Positions 25,798 to 39,688 of a stretch of 64,000 bases of DNA are shown one piece after another. The stretch is taken from contig OZ024742.1 of the NCBI GenBank assembly GCA_964016885.1, positions 259,408,001-259,472,000 on the forward strand, given 5' to 3'. Position 1 is the stretch's first letter, and each line of letters begins with the position of its first letter. Position numbers and translations under genes: made by a program. Below the pieces are notes generated by a model. It was not told the DNA's origin and searched no databases. It was given only the letters and a program-made list of their open reading frames with translations. The stretch is from Eledone cirrhosa. Taxonomy: Eukaryota.

Positions 25798-26252
25798 CTA
25801 GCAGAAAACCGCCACCGCGTGGTTTTCTGCTAGTATATATATATATTACACACACAGAAATGTATATATATTTCTGTGTGTATATATATATATATTACAC
25901 ACACAGAAATGTATATATATTTCTGTGTGTATATATATATATTTCTGTGTGTGTATATATATATATATTACACACACACAGAAATGTATATATGTTTCTG
26001 TAGAACTCCTCAATTCCCCCCTCTCTCCCTCCCGCTATCCTCCTCTGTCTCTTTCTTTCACTCTCACTCTCTCTCTACGCGTGCGCAAAAAACATTCGCA
26101 CGCGCGCACGTGTTTTAGCGTCTATTCACTTTCTCTCTCTCCCTCTCTCCCTCCAGCTATCCCCCTCTCGTATTCTGTCTCTTTCTTTCACTCTCACTCT
26201 CTCTACGCGTGCGCAAAAAACATTCGCACGCGCGCACGTGTTTTAGCGTCTA

Positions 26253-26291
<39 letters not shown>

Positions 26292-26436
26292 CCGCTATCC
26301 CCCTCTCGTAGTCTGTCTCTTTCTTTCACTCTCACTCTCCCTCTACGCGTGCGCAAAAAACATTCGCACGCGCGCACGTGTTTCCACTGTCGGACAGACA
26401 GACTGAGAAATTGCTGGTTATATATTATAAGGAGAT
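25798..26436 (-). mobile_element. Second Helitron-like element with three ~120-bp internal tandem repeats
   Basis: CTAG terminus abuts the previous element. CTCTACGCGTGCGCAAAAAACATTCGCACGCGCGCACGTGTTT occurs three times. Confidence 0.55.
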
Positions 26437-26582
26437 AACTAGAAACACATTAGATGCTTTTTTCTAATCTTCATTTTCCTATATAACACGGCCTATACAG
26501 AAACCGTTAATCTGCGAAACTTTTGATTCTTTATCGCTACCTCCCTCTCTCTCTCTCCTCTCTCTCCCTATCGCTCTCTCTC

Positions 26583-26613
<31 letters not shown>

Positions 26614-26648
26614 GTTCACATATATATATATATACATATATATATATA

Positions 26649-27335
26649 AAAGAAATAGGATTTCGCTTCAAGCATATCTTTATACAATATGTATAAATAT
26701 TTCGTATCTCCAAAGAAATACGGTTTTAGGAAGCCGTAGTTATGCAAACACCGGGAGACTAACGCCCTCTGGTGATGTCCAGCAGGAGCAAGGGGGACAA
26801 CCGTCTATGCATTTCAGGTTTAACTGGCCTTCGTCAGACGTATATATTCTCGCCCGTCTTCTAGTCCAGCAGTCGCAAGCAGTGGGAGGGACCGTCCTAA
26901 CAGAGGCCAGTTAAGCCTGAAATGCATAGACGGTTGTCCCCTTTGCTTCTGCTGGACATCACCAGAGGGCGTTAGCCCCCGGTGTTTACATAGCTACGGC
27001 TTCCTAAAACCGTATTTCTTTGGAGATATGAATAATTTATACATATTGAAGCGAAATCCTATTTCTTTTCTATTATAAGTTGAGCCAACTTATGCAGCTT
27101 CATATGCAAATGAGATTAATCACCTCATTTACACAGACGAGAAAAGTATATATTCTCGCCTGTCTTCTAGTCTAGCAGTCGCAAGCGGTGGGAGGGACCG
27201 TCCAGATGAAAGCCAGTTAAGCCTGAAATGCATAGACGGTTGTCCCCCTTGCTTCTGCTGGGCATCACCAAAGGGCGTAAGCCCCCCGCTGTTTGCATAG
27301 CTACGGCTTCCTAAAACCGTATTTCTTTGGAGATA
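26649..27335 (+). mobile_element. Non-coding HHR repeat: one inverted unit plus two direct units (306-bp period), retrozyme/pseudo-LTR-like
   Basis: HHR folds at 26800-26840(-), 26891-26934(+) and 27197-27240(+). Flanked by TA-rich repeats. No RT ORF. Confidence 0.85.
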
Positions 27336-27741
27336 CGTCTGTATACATATATGTATGTACGTATACATACCTACTTACATATATATATATATGTATATAT
27401 ATAAATATAAATTCATCGAGATCGTATTTCGACTGGTAGGTATGTATATGTATATATATATATATACATATATGTATCAATTCCAGGGGTCCAGGTAAAT
27501 TCTTTTGTTTGAACTGTTTAGCTGGCTTCGTATTTTTGGCTTAGATGGCTGATGGCTTCTTGACCGCCATTCACAGTTTTGTTGGCCTCTATAACCTATG
27601 TTTATTGCTCTCTGGTCTTTTTTTAGTACATGGAGCGCCTACCGCATATCTCGGAAATTGCGTTTCGCTTTGTTTTCGACCACTGCCGAAATTCGATCTC
27701 GCTGAAATTATATATATATATATATAAATATATAAAAAAAT

Positions 27742-27813
<72 letters not shown>

Positions 27814-27818
27814 TATAT

Positions 27819-27885
<67 letters not shown>

Positions 27886-28344
27886 GAGAGAGAGAGAGAT
27901 AGAGAGAGAGAGGGAGAGATAGAGAGAGAGAGAGAGATTTAACATGGTTTAAAGACGTAAATATCTACGGATATCGGATGTTTTTTGAGCTATGTATGTC
28001 TTTTAAAACAAATAGTAATGCATAGTCATTTTGTTAATATAAATTGTTTCAGCTTTCGCATTATGCGTGGAGATTGTGTGCGGATATAGTTATACATATA
28101 TTGTATGTTTGTGTGCTGGCGAGTAGCCATTCTCTTAGTCATGCATTTAACAGCATAAGTTATACCTATTTTATGAATATATTTCACATTTAATAGTAAA
28201 TCCTTTCAGCCGTTTGGAAAAACGAGGTTCCTGAATCTATAATTTCCTCGAGGTTTCAAGATTTTCTTCCTCATCATCAAAGGGTTAATGGACTATTTTT
28301 AATACATTTCTTTATTGGTAGATATGTATGTATATATATATATA

Positions 28345-28399
<55 letters not shown>

Positions 28400-29380
28400 A
28401 TATTAATAGAATCCCAAGGGGGCGCACATTCCTTTTTGACTGTACTGCATACTTACTGGCTTTTCAGCTTTTTATTCCTTGTGGACATCCAGAACGAGGC
28501 ATGCCTCCTCCGGAGAGTTAGTCCTTCTATGAACTAGATTGTGCGGGAATGTATGTATGTGTGTATATATGTGTGTGCTTTCATGTACGTTGCTGTGTAT
28601 CTTGCTGTGAATGTATGTTTGTGTCTATGTATGTGTTTTTATTATCCCACACAATATTGTTATTAAAAGACACATGTTACTTCACAACGCATATTTCATT
28701 CCAATATGCCTTGGCTAAAGGAATTACAATAACACAACAGTCCCCAAACATATAAAGGTTTATTGCACAGAAACATGTGTTGTCTAATCCCAATATTGTG
28801 CTGAATACTAAAATACATTATTATAATTCTTTTACCAGATTGAATTCTCTCTACAATTTTGGATATTCTAAGACACATACACACAACCAGACGCACAAAC
28901 ACACATACATACACACACACACATTCACACACACAATATATATATAATATATATATATATATATGTATATACAACAAGCCTATTCTCACTAATAACACAT
29001 GACAAACAATAAAACTATTCAATAACATCTAAATTAAAGCCCATTCTTTATACAGGAGCTAAGAAGGAAAGTTGAATCAGGCAACAATCGCTGTAGAGTT
29101 GTAGCTGGCAAATAAATTATCCTATATTCAACATACGTAATCCTATCATCACAAAATAACTTCATACCAAAGACCTTTCAATAACAATCGTAATCTCCAC
29201 AGTATCAGAAGCGTGGTATACAATTGTTCCTTACACAATCCCTATCTAATAACAAAATACAAAAGCCGAAATTATCGGAAGCACACCACTCAAAATACAA
29301 TTACCTAGTTAACTAAAATTAAATTCAATATCACAGCAGAAAAAAAAAAACTTTCATATCAGAGATTTCAACACACTTCA

Positions 29381-29420
<40 letters not shown>

Positions 29421-29650
29421 CCTTTTAGGTTTGGTGGTTCACCACTGGATAGAACTGGTCATTCCGTGATGTAATATTAGTAAAAGCACTCGACGTTATG
29501 CAACTCATCCATCTTCGATGTTGAATATTGTTGGTGGTGAGAGTGTGGTCAGCCAAACTGGCAACAACCGCCTTCGAGTCAAAAACATTTTTCTCTGTTT
29601 GCCTCTTGGGTTGTCTTTTCCATTATTCCTTTATTATATAACTTTTATTT

Positions 29651-29713
29651 TCAAACCTGATGATGTCACCAGGATCTTACGGAACTTGGTCACTGAAATG
29701 TACATAGTGTTTG
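29651..29713 (+). ncRNA. Type I hammerhead ribozyme motif
   Basis: TCAAAC-CTGATGA-stem II (ACCAG/TTGGT)-GAA-ATGTACAT palindrome-A-GTGTTTGA. Confidence 0.65.
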
Positions 29714-29913
29714 ATATAATAAATCTTTGAAGGAATTTCACCAGACCGCCCTCCTGTCATTTTACTCAAATATATATATATTATGTTAGTTGTGTAACAA
29801 CGGTTACAAGGCGCACTATTAAAACCACTCAATGCTGTTACGGGGTCCGTTTCGTTTGAGTTATATTCTAGCGTTACAGCTATAGTGTACATAGGGTAAA
29901 TAGATTTAAATAA

Positions 29914-30299
29914 ATGTTTCTACTTTTGGCACAAACCCACCAATTATCTCAGTGCATTACTTGTACTTTATTTTATCGACCCCGGTAAGGATGAAAGGCA
30001 ACGTTAACCCCGGTGGGATTTGAACTCAGAGCGTAAAGGCCCATAACTCTATGCTGCAAAGAATGACGTCCGACCCTCTACTGATACTGCCAATCCACCG
30101 CCATAGATGTAAATAATTGTTTCTACTTTTGGCACAAGGCCAGCAATTACCCAGTACATTACTGGTACTTTATTTTATCGACCCCCAAAGGATGAAAGGC
30201 AAAGTTAACCTCACCGGGATTTGAACTCAGTCCGTAAAGGGACGTAACTATGCTGGAAAGCATGACGTCCGACCCTCTACTGATACTGCCAATCCACCG
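29914..30299 (-). mobile_element. Two head-to-tail family A SINEs (29914-30102, 30113-30299)
   Basis: Two complete reverse-complement copies, each followed by TAGAT.TAAATAA on the + strand. Confidence 0.88.
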
Positions 30300-30581
30300 A
30301 TAGATGTAAATAATACGAGCTTATATGTGCAAAGACACATCTAAAAGGCTTAGATGTGTCTTTGCACATACAAGCTCGAGTATCTGGCGAAATGTCGAAA
30401 AAGAGTTGGGCCTCGTCACCTTGATTGTACCCTGAACTGATTAAACACTTATGACATACACATAAAGATCCTACATATCCTCCAACACTGTATTCGACTC
30501 TTAAATCTCTCTCTACATATACAGTATAATATATATGTATGTAATAAACACTGGACAAGTAACTTTACATGCACACACTCA

Positions 30582-30707
<126 letters not shown>

Positions 30708-30982
30708 CGCGTGAGTACATGAGTGCTTGTATAGTTCTGAAATGTGTGTTAGAAACAATAGTTGAGAAAATCAGCATATATTACACATGACATAATTTAA
30801 TTTTCAAAAATGTATTCATAATTATATTGCAACGCTCTAAGCAAAATAACAACCTACCGGCATCAAGTACGGTTATGAGATTATTAAGCATCTGCAGTTG
30901 TAGTATTACTAGTTTCTGCATGTGTCTTTACTAGTTTCTATATACGAGTACATGTGTGTTATTTTTTACAATGATTGTATTT

Positions 30983-31132
30983 TCTCACATCTTTCGTTAA
31001 CTCTACAATTTAACTTTAAATTTTTTCTTGTTTAATTGCAGGTAAGTTGGTTTGGTTTTAGAACATTCCATCCGTGATACCTGTAATGTTTTGTGCTCAT
31101 TGTAATTGTTTTCACGGCAAAACGAGGTAAGT
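30983..31132 (+). promoter_or_regulatory. Candidate recursive splice site with 85-nt RS-exon
   Basis: Long pyrimidine-rich tract, TTGCAG|GTAAGT at 31041/31042, and a second donor GAG|GTAAGT at 31126/31127. Confidence 0.55.
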
Positions 31133-31244
31133 AACGGTTTTAGTCATATACGATCTATCACGACAATGTCAGGAATCCAGTCTACTCTCACAGACAGCAT
31201 TTAGACTGTATCCAAGAGCTGCCAGATGACTGTCTTGTGAATTT

Positions 31245-31645
31245 AGAAGGTATCACCAGTCTGACTGAGGACTATCTGTATGGCTCAGGATTACTATTCT
31301 GGCTCAGTACCACCAGTCTGGTTCAGGATCACCGGTTTGGCTAAGAATCACCGGTCTAGTTGAGGATCACTAGCTGGACTCAAGATACCAGTTTGGTTGA
31401 GGAGTACTAGGCTGGCTGAGAATCACCAGTCAGGCTCAGAATGACCAGGCTGACAGTGGATCACCAATCTGACTGAGGATCATCTGTCTGGCACAGGAAA
31501 ACTAGGTTGATTCAAGATCATCAGAATCCCCAACAGAAAAGACATATCTAGAATGTACTGCTTGGGGATGTTAGGCGACATAGAATGGCTGTTGTGACGA
31601 GAAGATATGACCAGTGTGGATCAGGATCACCGGTCAGGCTCAGTA
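31245..31645. repeat. Degenerate ~19-bp minisatellite (GGATCACCAGTCTGGCTGA-like)
   Basis: Repeated units are visible. Confidence 0.8.
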
Positions 31646-32927
31646 TAACACTTGTGGCTTGGAATAGAGTTAGGTTGAAGGAAAACAAACTGTCAGCGTT
31701 ATTCTAAAGAGTTTTATATTGCTTTACAGAGCGATATCTTCCTTTGTGAGTACTTAATATATTAAGTAGGTACCCAATTGGCAGTGTTGTTGGATTGTGG
31801 GATAGAGGACTTCCCAGTATTCTTACTGCATATTTACGATCTGAGTTTAAATCACGCCGAAGACAAACTCGTATTTCATTCTTTGAGGAGCGGTTAGTAC
31901 CAGTCTTGTACTACTGTCGATTCTTCCACCGCATCTCGTTCACATTTCCTCTCTCTCTCTCGCTCCAACTTTCTTTCTCTAGAAGAAATAAGCTGTGTTC
32001 TAATCTGCAGAGGGGTGGCTTCAGCCAATGTTAAAGTGTCTAATGCATATATAACAACGTCGCTTCTACAATTGCAGTATGAGTGAAGGGCCATGGCATG
32101 GCAATATATCAAGAAAAATATTGATATATTTTTAGCATTTGGAAGACGAGATTGTTATTTAGGTCAATAAGTGATACTTTTATATTCTTATTAGATTTTC
32201 TTTTAGATAAGAAATCGATTAGTTTATTACAAAAATTAAGATATGTGACATGACTACAAACAACTCGAAATTCTCATGACAAAAATAGGAGCTTTCAATA
32301 TAATGTATGACTAAAAATTTACTCAACTCTTTGTGACTGATTTGGTGTTTTTTGTTTTGAATTCTTTTGTTTTTAATTCATTGATTCACTTATTTTACCT
32401 ACAAACTAATTTGACAGTTGCAAATATTACAAGCCCTTAACCCCAAGTAAGATTGTTGAACTTTAAGATGTGTGTCAATATTTTATCACGCTGTTTACCA
32501 AACCAACCAACTTTGTTTGCAGGCTTTACTGTATTTAGATGAATAAGAGAATACCATTCCTTTATATATAAGTGTGTCTGTGTGCCTATGTGTGTGTGTG
32601 TGTTTGTGTGTTTGTAGATATTTTCAGACCTATATACTGTATATTTATACTGTGTCTCTTGAGATTTAATCATGTATATACGGCACATTATATTATGTAT
32701 ATATGAATCTAGAAATCAATTTCATATGTATTTAGGGCAGTGCATTTTTTGTATATGTGTGCACGCACACACACTCGTGTTTATATATAAACTTAATTTA
32801 GTTATCGCTCGCACTGATTTTAGGTATCTAGTCTTTAATGCGAAGAAATACCAATGATAATCAGCAGGCTACTGATGAAGGACATTCTTGTTTCTCTGTC
32901 TATTTTTATTCATATATATATATATAT

Positions 32928-33056
32928 AGTAATAATAATAAATTTGAAGACTAAAATCCAAAGAGGGCTCGTTAAGGATAAATATACATCAAGATCCCGT
33001 TAAGGGTGAAAGCAGCGATTCTTTGCTTAAACTTTAATCTGTTATTTTAATAAATA
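32928..33056. mobile_element. Internally inverted fragment of the 40279-40640 family
   Basis: First half is in minus orientation and second half in plus orientation. Flanked by (TA)n. Confidence 0.8.
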
Positions 33057-33087
<31 letters not shown>

Positions 33088-33416
33088 TGTGTGTGTGTGT
33101 GTGTGTGTGTGAGTTAGGGGTTTTCCATGGCTTAGTGATTAGGGATGTTGTTTGTATGGCCATGACTTTTATCCTCGGCGAGATTTCTAAACTTAGACTA
33201 ATGTATAAGACAGTGACATGGCAGCAAGGTTAGAGCGTCTGATTAAATACCTCGGATTTGTTCTGGATCAACACACTTTGTCTTAGATAACGGAAGTATA
33301 TATTGTGTGATGTAGTCTTAGATATCTTATTCACGATGACTCTACCTAGTAAAAGTAGCAGCTAAATTTCTCACACACCGTTCTGTCTTAATGGTTTGTT
33401 ATATTAGCACCCGTCT

Positions 33417-33642
33417 TTAACCGTTTTGAACCGAAACCGCCTGATTCAAAACTATTTATTTTAATCTATTTATATTTATCTAAAAATCTTTCATCGTAAT
33501 TTTATGTACGAAACTTTATTAAGCTAATTCCCAAACATCAGCTAAATAATAAGGAAATAATCAAATTCTTAGTTATTAATATTAAAAAATGTGAAAATAC
33601 TTGGCAGTGTCATTCATTAGAAATATGGTAACAAAGGGTTAA
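33417..33642. mobile_element. Possible TTAA-flanked (piggyBac-like) MITE
   Basis: TTAACCGTTTTG ... ACAAAGGGTTAA termini. Confidence 0.45.
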
Positions 33643-34547
33643 ATTTAGCTGTTTAAGTGTGATTATAGCACAGGGTAGATGCATTGAGCCCCGATGACAT
33701 CGCCCCTGCGATTCTATCAAGATTTTAGGATCCATGAATGAATGGTGGACCTCAGAAGCAATTGAATCCAACCCCAAATCAAGAAGAGTGCGGGTATTAA
33801 CATTCTTTTAAGCTTGAGCGGAGTTCAAGAAACACTACTAAACTATAACTAACATATATTCTGTTTCATTTCGTCCGAGTTATTGATTATGTGAAAGTAC
33901 GTACCTTAATATTTAGATTGTTTGGCTTGGGATCGAAAGGTCATCAGTTCGTTTCACAGCAATCAGTGGTATCCTTAAGCAAAATATTTTATTTCACTTT
34001 GCTCCAGTCCACGGATTGTCAGAAGAGCAGTCAAACATCCAACAAACACACACACACACACACACCCACCATAGAACTACTAATAGTTTAGTAAACAAAG
34101 CACATACACGGACAGTGTTATCGACGAAATCCCACTAAAAACAAATTATCTTTGCCTAAAAACTGTGATTCATTCAGCAAGCTGGCCAAATAAGATGCAT
34201 ACAATAAGACATTGTCTGGTACAACCACTATACACTGAATATACACACATCTACCATGGAGAAGAGAGACCAAATCAACTTAATATTTAATCAAAATATT
34301 TGTCTACTAGAACTTATTTGGAATTTTGCAAGCGGTGTGTAATCTTTTTGTCGCTAGATTCTATGGCAATATATATATGAGTATTAGAAATCAATCACGT
34401 ATAATTTGTATAAACCTATGTCAATACTTATATACATACCCTACACACACAGACACACACAAACACAAAAGCAGGTGCAAGGCTGAATTGTATATATGTA
34501 TATATATATATATTATTTATATGCTGCTGTGAATATAGATATATATG

Positions 34548-34637
<90 letters not shown>

Positions 34638-35071
34638 TATATATATATATATCATGTATATGCTGCTGTGAATATATACACTGCCACACAAATCTACATT
34701 TAATATGACATATACATACGCAAATACTAAGCCAGGCGCCATCCCTAGAAGTTGTAATGTCTTTTAAGATGAAATAGTCTATGTTGAGCCGCCGCTTTGT
34801 CCAAAATGGAAATAGTACGGCACAACAGTTATGAATAAAATCTATCCATTTCATTGTCACCATTCAATCACAACCTACACATTTTATCACCATCTCCTCC
34901 ATCATCACAGTCCATAACTGTGTATGTAGCTATGTATGCGCATTTAACCTCTTTTGAAAGAAACCTGCGCGCGCGCAAATTTTTATAATGCGAAAAAATA
35001 ACGTGCTTGCTGAGAACAGTTCGTTATAATAAGAGTAGATTAGTATAACACCTAATAGTAATAAATGAAAC

Positions 35072-35106
35072 ATAAGCGTTTCGGACGTTAATCCTTCATC
35101 GGAAAG
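35072..35106 (-). ncRNA. Degenerate minimal hammerhead motif
   Basis: On the minus strand: CCGATGA-a-GGAT taac GTCC-GAAACGC. Core U4>C, and stem I is poor. Confidence 0.45.
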
Positions 35107-35226
35107 AAGGGTATGTGATTGTGGTGGTGGGTGGTATCATAAAACCGTTAGGGCAATTGAAAACATGAACACCAACGTAAAAGAAAAAGAAAAAAACACA
35201 TTCAATGTTAGAAAAGATACCCACAC

Positions 35227-35265
<39 letters not shown>

Positions 35266-35655
35266 ATAAAAGAGTAAACAAAGGTAAGCATTAAAAAAAG
35301 GATTTTATCCAGGTATTTACGACCGTTTCATTGGTAAGTGCAACCTTACATTGCTATACTGCATATATATATATATATTTATATATATATAAGAGCATAG
35401 ATATCTTTCTAGTAGCATGGTTATCTATTTGCTTGTTTAATTGCTATTCTGAAACTACTTGTGTCTCTAGTCAATGTAGGTCAGCTAATCTGCGATGTAA
35501 TATCTTAAACTAAATTAAAAGCCAGGAAATATACGTTTTTGTTTTTAATGGATGGAAGTATATAATTTCCATTCATACATATATACATACACATATACAT
35601 AAACACAAATGCATGCCTGCATGCAAACCTAAAGATACATTCAAACAGATATATA

Positions 35656-35696
<41 letters not shown>

Positions 35697-35893
35697 ACAC
35701 ACACACAAACTGAATGAAAGCAAAATAAATTCTCAATATTCTACCATCTTTGGCCATATTTCCAATTTCCAGTTTTCTATCAGCAATATTTTAATATTGT
35801 ACGCCATATGAATTTCTGATAAATCCTGTAGTTTTACTAATGAAGCTGGTTGAATGCAGATTATTATGATATATATATATATTATTAATATTA

Positions 35894-35999
<106 letters not shown>

Positions 36000-36025
36000 T
36001 ATATAAATATATGTATATATATACA

Positions 36026-36089
<64 letters not shown>

Positions 36090-36112
36090 TGTATATATAT
36101 ATATATATACAT

Positions 36113-36184
<72 letters not shown>

Positions 36185-36772
36185 AAACATATAATATATA
36201 TATGATAAACACCAGAGAAGACTGGTTAGATAGAACGTTGGCAATCCCAGGAGTTAATATGTCAGATTGTAGACCATTCAATTTACCGTTAACAACAAGC
36301 ATCCTTCTCTAGGGATATATTCCTAGTCAAGCAACCTAAAGCAAGAGGCTTTTCTAAGTTCCCTTAATGCAGTTTCACAACCTAAAGAATAAGAGAAATC
36401 AATCAATCGATCGATATGGCTGCCGTTAACAGAAGGGCTTCTCTGAAGAGGGTTTTCTACATGGTATAAGAAAAATAAGTAAATACTTGAAATCGTTGTC
36501 TTGTTAGTAAAGTTTCATTATCATTCACAATAATGTCATTTATTGGGGAAAGAGTAGATTTCTGTATAATGCCAAATAAGAATAGAACAGAATAATAGAA
36601 ATCAATCTAGGCACAAAATTATAATTATTTCATGGTGAATTTTTTTAATTTTTTTAATTTCTACAGAAATATTCGTAAATTTGAATTATATTTGAAATTC
36701 ACATTATCTTTCATCTTCATTATTATGATAGGGCTTTTATCATATATTTTTACACGCACAAGCACAGACATG

Positions 36773-36808
<36 letters not shown>

Positions 36809-36830
36809 CCAATATATATATATATATATA

Positions 36831-36874
<44 letters not shown>

Positions 36875-36889
36875 TATATATATAAAAAT

Positions 36890-37006
<117 letters not shown>

Positions 37007-37050
37007 TATGTGTGTGTATATATATATATATATATTTATATATACATATT

Positions 37051-37173
<123 letters not shown>

Positions 37174-37427
37174 GAGAAGGAAGAATACACACACACATAT
37201 ATATATATATACACATATAATCCCAGAGATGCAGAGATGTTAGGAAAGTACATGGACAGAAAAGAAGTATGTTTATGTATAACTTTCCTCTAAGAGGCCG
37301 AAATGGTGAATTTAGTTGAGATATTTATAGCATATGTTAGTTAGAATATAGGATGCCATATTTAATGATTTTTAAGTTAGAAGAATTATTATAATCATTT
37401 TCTGTTGTATTATTATTGAATTCATAG

Positions 37428-37613
37428 GGTGGTGGATTGGCAGTATCGGTAGAGGGTCGGACGCCATTCTTTCCAGCATAGTTACGTCCCTTTACGATCT
37501 GAGTTCAAATCCCGCCGAGGTTGACTTTGCCTTTCATCCTTACGGGGTCGATAAAATAAAGTACCAGTAATGCACTGGGTTATTGCTGGCCTTGTGCCTA
37601 AAGTAGAAACAAT
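37428..37613 (+). mobile_element. tRNA-derived SINE, family A
   Basis: Full-length copy with an ATT-repeat tail. Confidence 0.9.
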
Positions 37614-38446
37614 TATTATTATCATCATTATTATTGAAATCATTATAATTAATATTATTAATTTTTCTCTTTGTAATTGTTTCAAAGGTTTCGTTCATTC
37701 AATTTTACACAAACACACACACACACACATGTGAATAAATGCGTATATATGTGTATATATATATATTTATCCTTATCGAGCCCTCTTTGGATTTTAGTCT
37801 TCAAATTTATTATTATTACTATATATATATATATATATATATATATGTAAGTATCTCTTTATGTATCTGTCTGTATATATAGATTTATGCATATACACAT
37901 ACGCTCATATATTATGCTACGAGGTTCCAAAGCTATATCAAACCTATACCAATTCCAACATAATCATTAGCACTGGTCGACCGTATAATATAACATGGTT
38001 ACGTATTAATATTAAAATATAAACAGGCTATTTTAATAGGAAAAATATTTAGATTGCTCTCGGTAAACTCGTTCAGAATTTAACGTGATAAGAATCTATT
38101 CCTTCAATTTCTATGTCTATTAACTTTTATGGTAAGATCTGTCTTTCTTCTTTTATTTTATATTGAATCTATAAACAACGGTTGCACAGGGAAACCAATA
38201 TTGGTCTAATATTTGCTATCGCCTGACAAACTATAGCGAGGGTGGGTAAACAAGAACACTTGATTTCTTTCCTAACTCCCTCTTTCCATGTTTATTTTAA
38301 ATTTTCCTTTCGTCTATCTCCCCTTTTCTTATCCTCTCCTCCGTTCTGTCTGTTTTTCTATTTTGTAGTGATGGACTAGCGTCAGGGAGGTTAAAGCTTG
38401 TTCTGAAATTTATAAAGCATTAAACTAATATATATATATATATATA

Positions 38447-38621
38447 TGTTTCTACTTTAGGCACAAGGCCAGCAATTACCCAGTGCATTACTGGTACTTT
38501 ATTTTATCGACCCCGTAAGGATGAAAGACAAAGTCAACCTCGGCTGGATTTGAACTCACATCGTAAAGGGACGTAACTATGCTGGAAAGCATGGCCTCCG
38601 ACCCTCTACCGATACTGCCAA
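38447..38621 (-). mobile_element. tRNA-derived SINE, family A
   Basis: Reverse-complement copy, inverted relative to 37428-37613. Confidence 0.88.
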
Positions 38622-38796
38622 ATATATATAAAGAGAGATCAACAGATATATACATATATGTGTTCAAATCATAAGGGACCTAAATCGCTAAATCACTTTA
38701 TTATATCAAATTATATTATAAGACTCGGAAAATGTTTTCCTTGAGCTATTTTAATTGTGAGGCACTATTCTGAATTTCTAACTCAATATATAATTT

Positions 38797-38909
<113 letters not shown>

Positions 38910-38914
38910 ATATA

Positions 38915-38948
<34 letters not shown>

Positions 38949-39632
38949 AGGGTTTCTGTGTGCGTGCGCGCGTATTCCGGGTTCAATCGTGGGTAACCAC
39001 GTAAGTAAGGTACTCAATACATAGTAGAGTATATCGAATATTTAATATGGAAATAGCTTCTACAGGACTAGAAGCAATTTTTATATTAAATATTATATAT
39101 ATATATATAAGTATGTATACGTACATACATATATGTATACAGACGTACAGTAGTATGTATATATATATACATACATGCACACACATATATATATGTACGT
39201 ATGGATTCACCGAACATTTATTATAATGCTCGGTGTGTTTGTAAACAAACATCCCGAATTAAGCCGTACAGTGTCTAGCAACCATCGTTGCTCTTTTGTT
39301 CAACACTGACAAAGGAACGCTGTACTAGTTTCAAGCTTATTAGCTATCGTCAGCAACGTATACCTTCCTGCCAGATGATTGAACGTTTGAAAGTATATAC
39401 TTTCCTTATGCATATTAACGGCTGAGCAGCCTACTTTGCATATCGAGTGAGTTAATCGGCCGGGCGCACCGAAAACGATAAACGGAAAAAATGATACGAA
39501 ATTTCATTTCTCACTCTTAGTACGGCTGTTACTTAAATATAAGTATGTATACGTACATACATATATGTATACACACGTACAGTAGTATGTATATATATAT
39601 ATATACATACATGCACACATATATATATGTAC

Positions 39633-39688
<56 letters not shown>

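Noticed and set aside
28243-28284. Minus-strand ATGATGA..GAAACCTCGAGG HHR-like motif
   Set aside because: C3 and U16.1 are both missing. At best a dead relic.
31245-31645. CRISPR-like or structured array (also 56265-56452)
   Set aside because: Contiguous degenerate tandem units without unique spacers, in a eukaryotic context. These are minisatellites.
39365-39405. HHR-like CAGATGA..GAAAGTATATACTT
   Set aside because: Stem III is palindromic, but stem I does not pair and stem II is weak.
39105-39640. ~100-bp direct duplication (39105-39200 and 39538-39635)
   Set aside because: Low-complexity TA/CA-rich sequence. Probably slippage or local duplication with no further structure.
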